A stretch of 64,000 bases of DNA. Origin: Moniliella sp. 'wahieum' (taxonomy: Eukaryota). Below, piece by piece: positions 50,062 through 62,665 of this stretch. The DNA lies in NCBI GenBank assembly GCA_003971905.1, contig RSEE01000021.1, positions 682,001 to 746,000 of the forward strand. Direction: 5' to 3'. Each line of letters starts with the position of its first letter. The first letter of the stretch is position 1. Position numbers and translations under genes: made by a program. The notes under the pieces were generated by a model. It was given only the letters and a program-made list of their open reading frames with translations, was not told the origin of the DNA and did no database searches.

Positions 50062-53000
50062 ATGGCCCTTCTCGTGCGCGACAGCGCCGCCCACGACGCC
50101 TCCGCACATACCCCACACGCCCTCGAGCCTGTCTCCGAGCTGGACGAGCCTGATCCAGACCAACCCCAGCACAGGCTCCAGACGCAGACGCATCCCCAGA
50201 CGCAGACGCACTCCCCGCCCTCCCCCGACCGCCATCCACCTCCCCCCCAGCAGCAGCCCCAGCAGCCTGAGCATCCCTCCCCCTCCCCCGATCTTCATCC
50301 CACCCCCGAAGAACCTCCCCAGCCCGAACCACAAGACCCCGCCGACGAAGATGAGGACGCGCTGCACCTCTCCCCCCGATCCACGTGCCTCCTGCCGGGC
50401 ACGCCTCCATCCGCACCGCCCTCCGTCCCGCCCACACACTCATCAGCGTCGCGTCCGATCCGCGTCTCGGAGGGCGGAGTCGCAGTGCGTGTCGCCGCCC
50501 TGCTCGCTCTGCCTCGGCACCACGTGCGGCCAGTGCCGGTCCGCCGACCCGGGTTCGGTTCAGTGCCGCTGCGCCGGTCGAAGGCTGGACCCATCGGGCC
50601 AGCGGTACGATCGGCACGGTGGTCCGACCCATGCGCACTTAACGGCAGAAGAGGTGGGGCGGAACTGCGAGAGCTTAAGATGGACCTGGCGCTTCTCGAG
50701 GCGAGGTGGGCCGCTGCGTCTCACCGTGCTGCGAGCAGGGCGACCCTATGCCGCCGCTGTCAATATGGCTTTTGGACAGACCAATCCTCATCCTGGGTAC
50801 CAACCTACTAGTCTGCGGATCGCCAATGCCGATGCGCGTGGTTTGCCTCGCGACAATTTCCCACCGGCCCCAACCGGGAAAAACTCCGACGCCGATTTGA
50901 CGCCATCAGGCTCCGGTCCGCCGTCGCAGTCGCAGCCGCACACGCACACGCTCAGTCCAAGCCCGGCCGCACTGGGATCATCACCGACCTGTGCACCACT
51001 GTCTTCCTGTCCCTCCAGTTCCCCCACTACCGGCGTGAACCTTCCCCCGTCGCTCGTGGCGCCTGGCTTGGTCCCTCCTCCCACCCCGCCGTCTGGGCCG
51101 TACGACCCCTCTCCTGCGCAGCACCTAGGTACGTAGTTTGGGTGCGCACTCGTCCCTTTCTGAAGGCAATTTACGCGGGGCTAGGTCCCCGCCTCCACCC
51201 ACATGGGTAACCTCGTCGAAGCAAGCGATACCGAATCGGTAGCTGACTCGGTCCTGAGTGAATCGGACTACCGTCCCGCTCCCAGCGGTCCGGGCGGCAC
51301 GTGGGTGGTTCGTCTCCGGGTCGGTGGCCTGGTCCACGAGGATCGACAGACCGGTCCGAACGGGAACGTGCGCTGTACCTTGGACCTGGAGCGCGTGCTA
51401 CATCTTCGCGTCCCCGGTTGGGACGCAAAGCACATGCGGAACGTGTATGTCTCATGTCACGGTTTGGATCTGGACGCGCCCACGCCCCCGCCCTCCGGGC
51501 AACTTGGCATCCTCTTCTTCTCCGTCTGTTCTTCCGGGGGCGGGACCGGGGTGGGGGGGGACGAAGCACGTTCTTCTGGCCCAATCGTCGTACGCTGCTG
51601 CTCCACCGCACGTGCAACCGCGTGCGGCCAATGCCCATTCGGCCCATACCCCCTGGATGGGATCATCGTATACGGGAAGTTACGTATCGGGTCGGTCTCC
51701 GCTGCCTTTTCCCGTTCGGGAAATGTGCGACCCACCCCAGGCTTGGGCTTGGGCTTGGACGATTCTCCTTGTCCTTCTTCCTCTGCATCCCCATCCGTCG
51801 CTGCGTCGCCCTTCCCCTCCCCTCCCAGCCCTAGGCCCACGATCAGGCCCACATTCAGGCCACATTCAGGTCCCAGTTTAGGTCCAGATTCAGGTCCAGG
51901 TTCAGGGTTAGGTGGCTACGCCGGCGGACCCGGGGACGCACCAGGTCGAAGTGGAATGGGAATGGGAATGGGAATGGAATCCCAGTTCGCCACTCTACCC
52001 ACCTGTTGTGTCCTCTGACGTATCTTCAGGCCAACCTTCGCCGTCGTTACCGCAAATCAGCGATGCGGCCGCAGTGACCGGATCCTACTTCCCCCCGCAA
52101 CCTGAACCGAGTTGGTCCCGTCCAAGTCTGGGAGCACGCCAAGGATCTTTTCCCAGCCGCATCGTGAGTCCGAGTCGGCGCGGCGGCGGTAACAGGCGCG
52201 GAGGCGGAGACGGGGAGTGTGGGTCCTGCTAGCGGGCGGACGCTTGTCGACTGCCACGCCTGCGAGTCCCGTGGGCAAGCGGTTGCACGGCGCTGCATCC
52301 AGGGTCCCGGGCAAACCAGGCCAACCAGGCAAACAAGGTCAACCAGGCCAACCAGGCCAACCAAGCCAACCACTTAAAGAAGGCAAAGAGGGCAAAAGCA
52401 ACGTGGAGGCATGGACGAGCGTAGGAGGCAAACGTGTTCCGCTGCACGACGACGCAGCATCGTCATCACTAGAACGAAGGGGATCGCAACGGGACCGTGA
52501 TCGGGAACGAATGGAACGGGAACGAGCTCGCGCTCGTATACGTGCTGGTGCACCACGTCAAACTCCGCTCGTCGTGCCCGTATCATCCGTATCATCCGTA
52601 TCATCCATATCTACTGCAGCTCCAGTTGCAGCTGCAGCTGCGGTCTCTCCCTCGGCGCACTCTGAACCTACACTTTTCCCCTCGCTCCGGCTGCGCCGTT
52701 GCACGGGAAAGTCGAGCGGGAGGAGGAAGGGGAGGAGAAAGCGAAAGCAAAAGCGAAAGCGAGACCTGTCCCCACGATTCGAGGGATCCAAAGTGTTCGG
52801 ATGATGCAAGTCACCCGCTGGTCGGTCCAGGTCCAAGTAGCTTGAGCTTGACACGAGACGTACCGAACTTGTCGGGTGGAGAGTCTATGTCAGCTACTTG
52901 TCCTGCCCCCGGCAGGGCCGAACGACAGCCCACCTCAGTCTCCGATCTAGGTGGCACAAGTAAAGGTGTTCCCTCTTCCTCCGAAACCAATATCGAACGT

Positions 53001-53834
53001 GGCACGCAACCGCACCCCCAACCCCAGCCCAACCCCGAGGCACCAAGCCGATCCCGACCCCGAACCCCGAACCGACGCCAACGCCAACACCAAAGCCGAA
53101 CGGCAAGGGGTATCTGACAAGCAGGGAGAAGTGACCGGACCGACGAAGGCGAAGGTGAAGGCGAAGGTGAAGGCGACGAGCCCGCTCGAGGCCGATCACG
53201 CACACCAATCCAACCTTCGCAAGCGGTACCACGTCCCGGGACCGAAGTTGACGTTAGCTGGTCGTCGGGACCCTTCGACAGGGCGGTTAGCCTCGACGGA
53301 TTTACCCGTAGCCGCTCCGGCAGCAGCAGCCGGCGGCGCAGGCACCCACACAGCTACAGGTCCTGGTACAGGTGGTACAGGTCCTGGTGTCGCTGGTGTC
53401 GCTGGTGGAGGGGGAGGGAGTTTAGCGCGTGTAGGCAAATGGACCAACCGACCGTCGCGTTCGTGGTCTCGGACTGGGGCGTTACGTCAACCGAATCGAC
53501 CTTTTTCCTTTCGCCGCGTGCTGCCTCGGTCTCCATTCGGCATCGGAAACTGAGGCGGAAGGACGACGGTCAAGACCACGATCTAACTTGGTCACGGCGA
53601 CACCGACTACCGGTCGTACCACTCCCAGTCTAGTTCTGGCCTAGCCCCGGCCCAGGCACAGGTACAGGTACAGGGTACCCAGTGGGAGTACCTGACGGAC
53701 CACCGATTTCTGGTGCGGCGCATTGGACCGGTCGTCCTCAGCCACTGCAAATGGGATGGGGAGGGGAATGGGTACGATTCGCCCGCGTCGGAATTTTACG
53801 AGTGGGGTCCGAGTACGATATGGTGCAAATGTAA
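50062..53834 (+). CDS. Hypothetical large, mostly low-complexity protein
   Basis: Successive + ORFs; beta-rich segment WVVRLRVGG...RCTLDLERVLHLRVPGW...NVYVSCHG; no family recognised. Confidence 0.4.
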
Positions 53835-55657
53835 GCAAGCGTACGCCAAGCCCTTGGCGCCTTGGCCTCGCGCCTTGTACGGGATATGGGCTACGGGCAG
53901 CAGCGCCGAGTTGTACCGGTTTGCCCTGGTGTCGTTGCGCTGCCTTTCTGTGCGGTGGGGGGGGAAAGTACCGGGTCCCCTAGCACGCGGGTTCCCGTCT
54001 CACCGTGTCCTGTGCTCGTCGGGGCGGTTCGGGGCGTGCGGACGAGGAAAGGGATGGGTAGGTGGGCGAATGGTTTCACCTCGGCCGAGTTACGTTCCAG
54101 CGAGGCTCTGACGGTTATCTCCTCCGTTGTGTGGCCCCAGCCTGTATCCTGCATCTGCCATCCTGCATGAAATATCTCCTGCCTTTCTCCCTTTTTTCCT
54201 TTCCTTCCTTCGGTCTTTCTAGGTTCCTTTCAACCTGATCGATTTCGATTATCGATGATTCATGATCCCTCCATGTGTGCAACATGCAACGACGGACCGG
54301 ACCTTCCCTGGCATCTCTTACTTTTCCTTCTTCTTCTTTCCCTCTTCTTTTCCTTCTTGTCCCTCCCCGGTTTTGCGTTTTGTCTGTGATCGCCTCCCCC
54401 TTGTTCCTTCCCTTCTCTCCCTCCCTCCTTGCCATTCCCATTCCCATCCCCATTTCATCCCCATTCCCATCCCATTCCCACTCGCACTCCCATCATGTGT
54501 ACCACCCCACCCTACCCATCTTGCGACTTCCCCCCCCCCTCCTCCTCATGGCCTCTTCCCCCATCATCGACATCCTCTTCAGCTTCACGCTCCCCCCCTG
54601 CCCCTTCACTGTCCCTGTTCTATGCTCATGGTAATCTTCCCCTCACGTTAGTCCTTCCTCCCCCTACTTGGCCACAGTTTCGTCCCAGGTTAGCCCCAGG
54701 TTAGGTTAGCCCCAGGTTAGCCCCATGTTCATCCTAGTAGGTTCACCCAGGTAGTAGGATGGAAACGGCTAGGGCACACGTTGTCGTGGGCGGAGGTGAG
54801 CCTGGATGGGCGAGTCTCAAGTACCGGCCATAATGCTGTAGGTACGCGAAAACAGAGAGAAGAGTATGTATGGTATGGATGATTGGGGGTGGGGGGGAGA
54901 GACACTATAGGAAACGACAGTGCCGTGGTGAGGTAACGGCCAGATACTGCATGGTATAGAGAGAGACTCATGAGGTCGATGAGGAAGCGAACCATGACAG
55001 TCTCTACACAACCTGTCTGTTCCAGGTTCCTAAGTTCCAGGTTCCAGTGGAGGCCTCCTCACGCTCATCGGCCACCCTCACTACTTGTCGAAAACAGTAC
55101 CAGGATACTTAACGCTCCGGAGGACCACGGGAGGTTCTTCACCGGGCGGGTCGGAGGCGGGGGGGGCAGACTAGGCTCACGCGCTCACGTACATTCATGT
55201 ACTGAGTACTGGGTACTGGCGGACTGGCAGGTAGAGTTTGCCTGCAGCACTACGACCGGAAGGTGGGCGGAGAGAAGGCAGGTATCTACGCGATGCACGT
55301 GTACCCATCTCGGAGCGCAGGCGATATGAAAACGGTGGAAAGACGAGGAGGCGAGAGAGAAACAGGAAAGAAGGAAGGCAGGAGACGGAGGGAGGAAGGA
55401 TCTCTCGGAGAATCCACAAAAAAGTGCTTCAATTGGTATGATCAAACATTGTATGTACAAACCTTCAACATCCAAATCGAACCGGTACGCGGAGCCCAAT
55501 GGAACAAATCCCATTTCGGGGAGCAGCTCTGTGCCGATCGGTTCTAAGTCCAAGCATCGACCCACCGACCGACTGACCGACCGAAACGGCGTAGCACGGT
55601 ACTAACGCGGAGAGCGTACATGCTACGCTCCTGGGAGACAGCTACCCATGGTTGTGC

Positions 55658-56216
55658 TCACGCCGGCGGCGCAGGCGCTGGCGCAGACGTAGGTGTAGGC
55701 TTCTTGTCCTCCAAAGCGGCTTGGACCGGGTGCTTGCGCCTATAACCCAAATGCGAGCCAACTGGCAAGCCCCGTGCCGCCGACAAACACGTTGACAGCA
55801 GCAAGCGAGTAATTGACTGGGGTGATTACCAGCGAGTACCTAGGGATGCGAGCGATCCATAACACCATACGGGCGCAGGTTGCAGGGTGCAGGGTACAGG
55901 GGCAGGTCGCAGGTTAGTGCGAGCACGAAGCGGATATACCTACCATGTATGCGGCTCATACGCCTATCTCCCGGGGGAGGCACACACACAGAGAGAGAAA
56001 GAGAAAAGAGAGAAAGAAAGACGTACCGGACCCAAATGAAGCCCGTGGCGGTGAGGGCGAGGTTCTGGCTGACGGACAACTTGTCGGCGGGCGGGAGAGG
56101 TCCTTGATGCCAGCCACGACGAGGCCCACTTGAAGGGGGTGCCCAGAAAAAGACGTTTGGGCCCGGCGGGGTTGAGAAGGCTTGGAGCGGGACGAGTGGG
56201 CGTGAGCAGAGGCCAT
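55658..56216 (-). CDS. MPC2: Mitochondrial pyruvate carrier subunit MPC2/3 (intron 55840-56026)
   Basis: PAGPK..FFWAP..KW.LVVAGIKDLSRPADKLSVSQNLALTATGFIWVR|YSLVITPVNYSLAAVNVFVGGTGL, assembled across frameshifts. Confidence 0.92.
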
Positions 56217-56792
56217 GGCAGTGCGCCTGTAAGGGGGAGGGAGAGGGGGGACCGTGGCGAGGGAAGAGAGGGCGGAGGCTGAGCGCTGACACGGCCACAG
56301 CAGGGCAAGTAGTGGCGTATGTGGTGGATCTCAACTGTCCCAGGACGGCGAGGATCAAGCGAGTACTGCGCTCCGCTGAGCACCACCAGCTGCCATCTGC
56401 ATCTGCCATCTGCCATCTGCCATCTGCCATCTGCCATCCAATACCATCTGCAATCTCCTATCGTCCATCGGCCATCTGCCGCCCCTGCTCCGGCGGCGCC
56501 GCACAGGGCACTGTACCGCCCGAAGCACCCGCGCGGCGTTAGGCTGGCAAGCGGCAAGCGCTAAGCGACACAGCCACCCACACAGCCCCCTGCTGCCCGC
56601 CCGCGCCGTCTGAGATCTCAGTCTGAGATGCGGGTGCTCCGACCTGGTGGACTCGACTGCGTACTTCGACTTGGTGTACTTGGACTGGGTGTACTCGGCC
56701 TTGTCCTCGGACTGAGTGGGGTGGGACGGCGTCCTGTGTGGTTCGCCTTGTGGTCCAGCAGGGAGACCATCAATACAAAAAGGAAAATTGAA

Positions 56793-56887
56793 TCTCCCTC
56801 TGGGAGTCGAACCCAGGACATCAGAGCAGAGACGCACTCCACGTGACCAATTACAATCTGACGCTCTTCCAACTGAGCTAAGGAGAG
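56793..56887 (-). tRNA. tRNA-Tyr(GTA) with 24-nt intron (56827-56850)
   Basis: Minus strand: CTCTCCT TA GCTC AGTTGGAA GAGC G TCAGA TTGTAA [intron] C TCTGA TGTC CTGGG TTCGACT CCCAG AGGGAG A; T-runs downstream. The 3' acceptor strand is one G short, probably a homopolymer error. Confidence 0.88.
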
Positions 56888-57772
56888 GTGGATGCCAAAC
56901 CAGTCTCCCAGTCAACTAGTACAGAATACGTCGTAGCGCCGCACCGGTGGTGCTACGGAAAAAGTTATGTAGGTACCCAAGGCCTAGATAGGACCTGAGC
57001 GGACCTATATACAAACAGTTATACCTCTCCCTCGGCGCTTCCTTCCTTCCACCAATCCACCCTATCAACCACCCCCCTCCACCCAAGCACAAAAGAAAAG
57101 ACGGTACAATCAAAGCCAAGCGACGGAACGGAAGCCGCACGCCACACGCCGCACTCCTACCTTTAGCCCTGGACCCACCCTGCGACTCTGCACGTGGGGC
57201 CACAAGGCGGGAAGAGCATGCGCGCGCGGAGGGAATGCGGAATGCAGAATGGGCAAAGGGCAATGGGAAATGTGGGAAAGGGAGGAAAGGGAGGAAAGGG
57301 AGGAAGGGGGGGAAAGGAAGAATGGGGCGAGAAGGACAAAAATGGCAACGATGGCACGGAGGGTACGGAGGGTACGGACGACTGGGACACAGGACAGCAG
57401 AGGCCGACAGGGGTGGCAAGTACGGCCAAGAGGGCACACGACTGAGGACTGAGGACTGAGGATTGAGACCACATGTGGTACCAAGCCCGGTTTGCCCGAT
57501 AGCAACCTACGGTCCCGAGGAGGCTTCGCCAAGGGCCATCGCAATCGCAATCGCAATCGCAATCGCCATCGGACCAGCAACCGGAACCAGACTCGCTCGC
57601 AACCGGAACCAGACTGGCAACCGGAACCAGAACCGAGGCAAGGGAAGGAGGAGAGGGGGGGGTACGGGTCCAGGTACGCATTCGTTACGCCTTGTGCATT
57701 ACGCCGTGCGCCTTACGCCGTACACCATACGCCGTACACCATACGCACTACGTACGATGCAAGCAAGACAGC

Positions 57773-59753
57773 TTAAGGCAAAGCGGCTTCTTTGGCCAAA
57801 GCTTCACGACCTTTGAGTGTGAGTGTAGGTCGACCCGAGGCGTACTCATCCGAGAAGACTGCGGAACAAAAGGGGTATTGGTACGTGCGCGTTCGGCAGC
57901 CAAATCGCGTTGCTCCTGTTCGATCTGTTGTTTGGACAAGGTAGCTTGGGCATACGGTTTTGCCTGGATGGCTGTTGTGACAGGTGCCCAGATCCGACGC
58001 GACTCGAGTGGCCCGTGGTCCTCTACCGGCCGCACCGTCTTGGGCGTCACGTTCAGATCGGATAGGTTGACAAGTAAGCGCGATTCCTGTGAGCAACGTC
58101 AGATTGGGCGGGTTAGAATTTTGGTCTCCATCCAAACTAAGAGCGCGGGAAGGAAGCAATCAAGCAAGCAAGCAATGAGGCGGGGGGGGAAGCAAAGAAA
58201 GAAAAGCAAGAAGAAAGGAAAGGAAAGAAAGAAAAAAGGAAAGAAAGAAACAAGAACCAAGAACCAAGAACCAAGAACCAAGAACCAAGAACCAAGAACC
58301 AAGAACCAAGAACCAAGAACCAATAAGGAGGGGAAGAAGGGAGGACGTACGGTATCACCCTTAATCTTGAACGTGACCATACCATTCCACTGACCCTGGA
58401 ACGTAGCCACGACCAACTTTCCGGGACCTGAGAGCACTTTGTCCAATACGGCGGGCCAGACTGTTCGCCATCCTCTAGGTTTTCCTCGTCCATCACGCCA
58501 GGCGGACGCACCCAATCGTACTGGTAAATAACGCCTTCAAGGGCATACTTAGCCTTGGTCAACCACCTTCTTCCTTGTACTCAATCAAAGCGCGCAACCT
58601 CGTACCGCCACTCCCATCAGGCCGGTCGGACGCGCGCATGCCGCCATACGAATCAATCACAGTAGCATCCGCCATGCTCACCCACAAACTTCCGCGCAAA
58701 AGACGTTGATCGAGGCGGTGGGGGGTGCGTGATGCGGTACCGTTCGCCCGACGCTTCGTGGCCTTTAGCCGTGGGCAACAACTTGATAAACATACCGCGA
58801 TTGCGGGATCCCGCATAGATGCGTACCGACGTGCCGGTGAACCGGCCAGACAATTGATCCACACCGGAAATTTCAATCCCGGCCTCGGCGCACGCACCGT
58901 AAAACGTCGATACGGCGGATGGTGCGATACCTGCTCAGTGAGAAAGACGATGCGGCGGTGTTGCGACGCAAGGGTACTTTGGGTTTCGGCCGTGGCACTG
59001 CTCAGTGCCGCCAGCGCAGCTTGGGACGATGCGCTACTGCTGGACGAGCTGCCGTCAGCGTTGGGCGTAGCGGGCAAGGACGGCAAGGAGCGTGCCGGGA
59101 GAGGCGGGGGAGCAGCTCCTTTCGCAGCTGCGCCACCAGGCGCGGGGGTAGCTGACACGGAGCCGGAGACATAGGTAGCGGCAGAGGCGTGGTAGTGCTC
59201 AAATCTTGCACCGGGACGATAAGGTGCGGATGCTTGTGTACGATGGGGGTCTCTACGTCCCAGTGGCACTGAAAGTGTTCGCCCAAGATGGAATTGTAGG
59301 GTTGCAAACGCCGTCTTGACGACCTGCAGGTCCTTGGTCAGGGTGATGGTGAAGCGGAGGCAGGCCAGCATGCGGTCCAGGGGCTGGTCAAAGTCGGGAA
59401 TGGTGGCGAACAGGTCGGCGCGGTCGAGGTAGGTCCAGTACTCGAGGTTGGGCTGTACAAGTACGGCGAGAGTGGGGGAGGGGAGAGTGGGAGAGTGGGT
59501 TAGTGGGTGTGGGCAGCATGGCGGCAGGGCGCAGGACAGGGAGACTAAGACTAAGACTAAGAGTACGCACGATGGGTTCCATCAGGTTGGCCGGGAGAGA
59601 AAAGCGGATGGCGGCCAAGTCCTTGACGCCGACGACCTTCTTGAGGATGGCGAGGAGGGAGGAGATCTTGGACGACTGGCTCTGCTCCTCATTGTCGGCG
59701 GGGACGGGGAGGGTGGGGTTAAAGTCGTGGTCGGGCGGGGCGGAGGAGGCCAT
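57773..59753 (-). CDS. Oxysterol-binding-protein-related lipid transfer protein, OSH6/OSH7 type (introns 59453-59570 and 58137-58350)
   Basis: ILKKVVGVKDLAAIRFSLPANLMEPI|PNLEYWTYLDRADLF, PYNSILGEHFQCHW, signature EQVSHHPP, PLESRRIW...KQQIEQEQR. Confidence 0.92.
58252..58321. repeat. (AAGAACC)10 perfect heptamer repeat inside an OSH intron
   Basis: 70 nt read directly. Confidence 0.95.
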
Positions 59754-61128
59754 GGTGGGAAGGCAACGGGTGGTGGGTGGGTGGGTGGGATGGACGGAGG
59801 GATGGATGGACGGAGGGATGGATGCACGGAGGGATGGATGCACGCAATGAGTCGATGCGGGCAGAAAGGCGTTGCCTAAGGCTTAGGCTTAGTTAGGCTA
59901 CGCGCTGCCGAGCTGAGTCGTCGGATGAGGCTGAGGTTTCAGCGGGGGCCTCTGCGGACAGTCTCAGTTTCCCAGCACGCAGACGCAGTGCGCCCTCCCG
60001 CGCCCACATCACAGCATCACAGCATCACATGCTTGCCGCAGCGCTGCCGTGTCCGCCCAGCTCCATGGAGCACCCATCCCATCCCATCCATCCCATCACA
60101 TTTGAATCACCCCCATCCCTCCGCCTCTCCATCTCACCCACCTAACCAACCCCATCCATCCCGCACCCGCCCTGCGCAAAACCACTCCACATCGACCCAC
60201 CCACGGTAACATTTCAGAGGCCAGACTCACATGTCACAGTACTCACATCTCACCTTGACATCGCAATGTTCAATGTTCAATGTTCAACGTTCAATGTGTG
60301 CAATGTTCAATGTTCAAGGTTGGGGATGCCTCCCCTACCCGTTTCCCCACGCATTTGGACCCGCCATAGAGCCATCCGTACCACCACCACCCCACTCAAC
60401 TCTCAACCAACGACGCTGAGGCGCAACGCGATGCACTGCGGACTACGGACGATATCGCTCAGGAGGCGCCCTTAGGCCAGCCAAGCTTACCTCTTCAGGC
60501 TTCAAGCTTCAGGCTTCAGTTTTCAGGCTATAGGTTAGCTGCACGTTCAACCACCCCCAGCCACAACCAGGCTGGTCATGGCAATGCGTCTGGAACTGCG
60601 ACTGGAAATGGGAATGGGAATGGGAATGGGAATGCACATAGTTCAGGGGGAACCCTTCCCCGCGTATACAGGCCCGCCCGAAGGAGGCGGAGAGCGGTAT
60701 GCGAGGAGCGAAGCGGTGAAGCGGCGGTGGGGCTGGAGGGGGGAAGGCACAGGACCGTGGGAAGCGGTACGGGTAAAGGGTAAAGGGTAAACGGTGAAGG
60801 TGGGTGGAACGGCCAACGCGGACCGTTGCGTCAAGGAGCGAGGAAAAGAGAGCGAAAACGAAAGAGAGTGAGAGGGGAGAGTAAGAGGCGGGAGGGGCGG
60901 GGGGGGGGGGATGTGGGTAATCATGGGGGTATTGGGGGTAATTGAGGAGAATGGGGGAGAAGGGGGAGAATGGGGGATGGAGGTAAAGGGGGGGGGGTGG
61001 GGGAAGGGGGGAGAAGGGGGGATAACGGGCGCATGTGTACAGAAGGGGACCTGAACCCTGTTACAGGGTATAAGAAGAGTCGGACCAAAAAGCAGCCCTC
61101 AGGCCCTCAGGCACTCAGGCACTCAGGC

Positions 61129-62665
61129 TCAAGAAGAGACGACCCAACCGGCAAAGGTAGCCCTCCACCTACGCCGACGACGACCACCACTAACCACACC
61201 ACCACCACAACCACCGGCTTTATTTACTTTCTCCTTTTTGGCCTTCACGTTGGGCAAGTGGGTCGTGGTCGTGGCTGAGACCGTTGTCGTGTGAGGGCGG
61301 GTGGACGAGGGTGACGACCCTGACCCCGACCCGGACCCAGACGTGGCTTTCACTTGTGCCGAATAAGACGCTGACGGTGGGCCTGCCAACGGGACACTCA
61401 CAGTCCTGCCGTCTCCTCGCCGGAACAGCATGGTGCGGGGTGCACCGATTTCCAAGGCCACGACCCAGCAGCAGCAGCAGTGGGGTTGCAGTTGTAGTCC
61501 CTGTTGTAGTAGTCCTGATAAAGTCGGGGTTGGAGTACCAGTACCAGTAGCGGTAACGTTCGTCACGTAGCGGTAAGCGGCCTTACCGCGTTTGGGGTAC
61601 GTTTTTGCCTTGGAGCGTGTGACGAGCTGGGCAAATTGTTGGCCGAGGATAAGAGCGCCATAGTCTCGGACGATAGCGTGCACGGCGGTGGTGCGTGTCC
61701 CAAATGCTGATCCGCACACCGCTCTTGGGTTTTGATGGCTAGCATGACACCTGTGACCAAGGACTGCGACTGCGGTTGCGATTGGGGATTGGGATTGGGA
61801 TTGGGACTGGGTCTTGTTGTTGGTCGGCAGGGCCATGAGGGCGGGAGCGCCAGCAAACCAGCAGCACCTGCAGCACCTGCAGCAGCAGTACGGTGTGCGG
61901 GGGATCGTGAGCTTTGGGGGGCCACTTGACGCGCGATCAAGTTGACCTTGACAGCAGCTTGTAACAAGGAGTACCACATGGACCAAACTTGGTCCGCCGG
62001 TCGCGGGAGACGAATTGGACAGTCCAAGCACCACCGTGGGCGTTGCCCTCGTCTTCCCATGCCGGCTTGATACCTTCAAGGAAACATGCTTGGACCAGGG
62101 ACGTAAGTGCCCGGGACGAGGGGGTAGCGATGACGTGCCCCACTCGCAGCTTGCAACGCAGCGTCAGGGCGCGAAGGTAGGGCTCCCACTACACCTACCC
62201 TGTACTGTACCTGTACCGCACCCGGTGGTGTAGTAACCCACACCGGACGTCGGAGCGGCCCTCTGACAGAGCGGGGTCGTCGTTGTGCGCTCCCTCGACG
62301 GGAAGGCAAGACCGGGGCCAAACGAGCATTCAAGCACTGAATGGTATCCAGCACAGCGGGTTTGCCCCAAGCTTCTTGCTGGAGCACGGTGAGTTGGCGC
62401 GGGTCCTGGATGGGACCACAGGGGGCCGGAGCGAATTGCTGTAGCCAGTTGGCGCCATGGACACGACTGGGACCACGGGCTCCCTGGGCAAGCGATTCAG
62501 TGCTGGTCCAGAAAGCCCATGCGGGGGCTGGGGGGGCAGGCGCAGGCGCAGGAGGCGCGGCCCAGGCGGAATCCAGTGTGCCACAGCCCCCGCCGCTTGC
62601 GGGTGCGGGTGCGGGTGCGGTGGGGCCGGCCGACTAGAGGAGGGCGATGTGGGCATGGGGGGCAT
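61129..62665 (-). CDS. Divergent eIF4E-family protein (boundaries uncertain)
   Basis: FLEGIKPAWEDEGNAHGGAW matches the eIF4E signature F.xGIxPxWEDxxNxxGGxW; also LDTIQ, WYSLLQAAV and VCGSAFGTR in the expected order. Confidence 0.75.

Noticed and set aside
54547..54634. Short ORF as a mating pheromone precursor
   Set aside because: It ends LCSW, not a CAAX box, and no STE3 receptor or other MAT gene is nearby.
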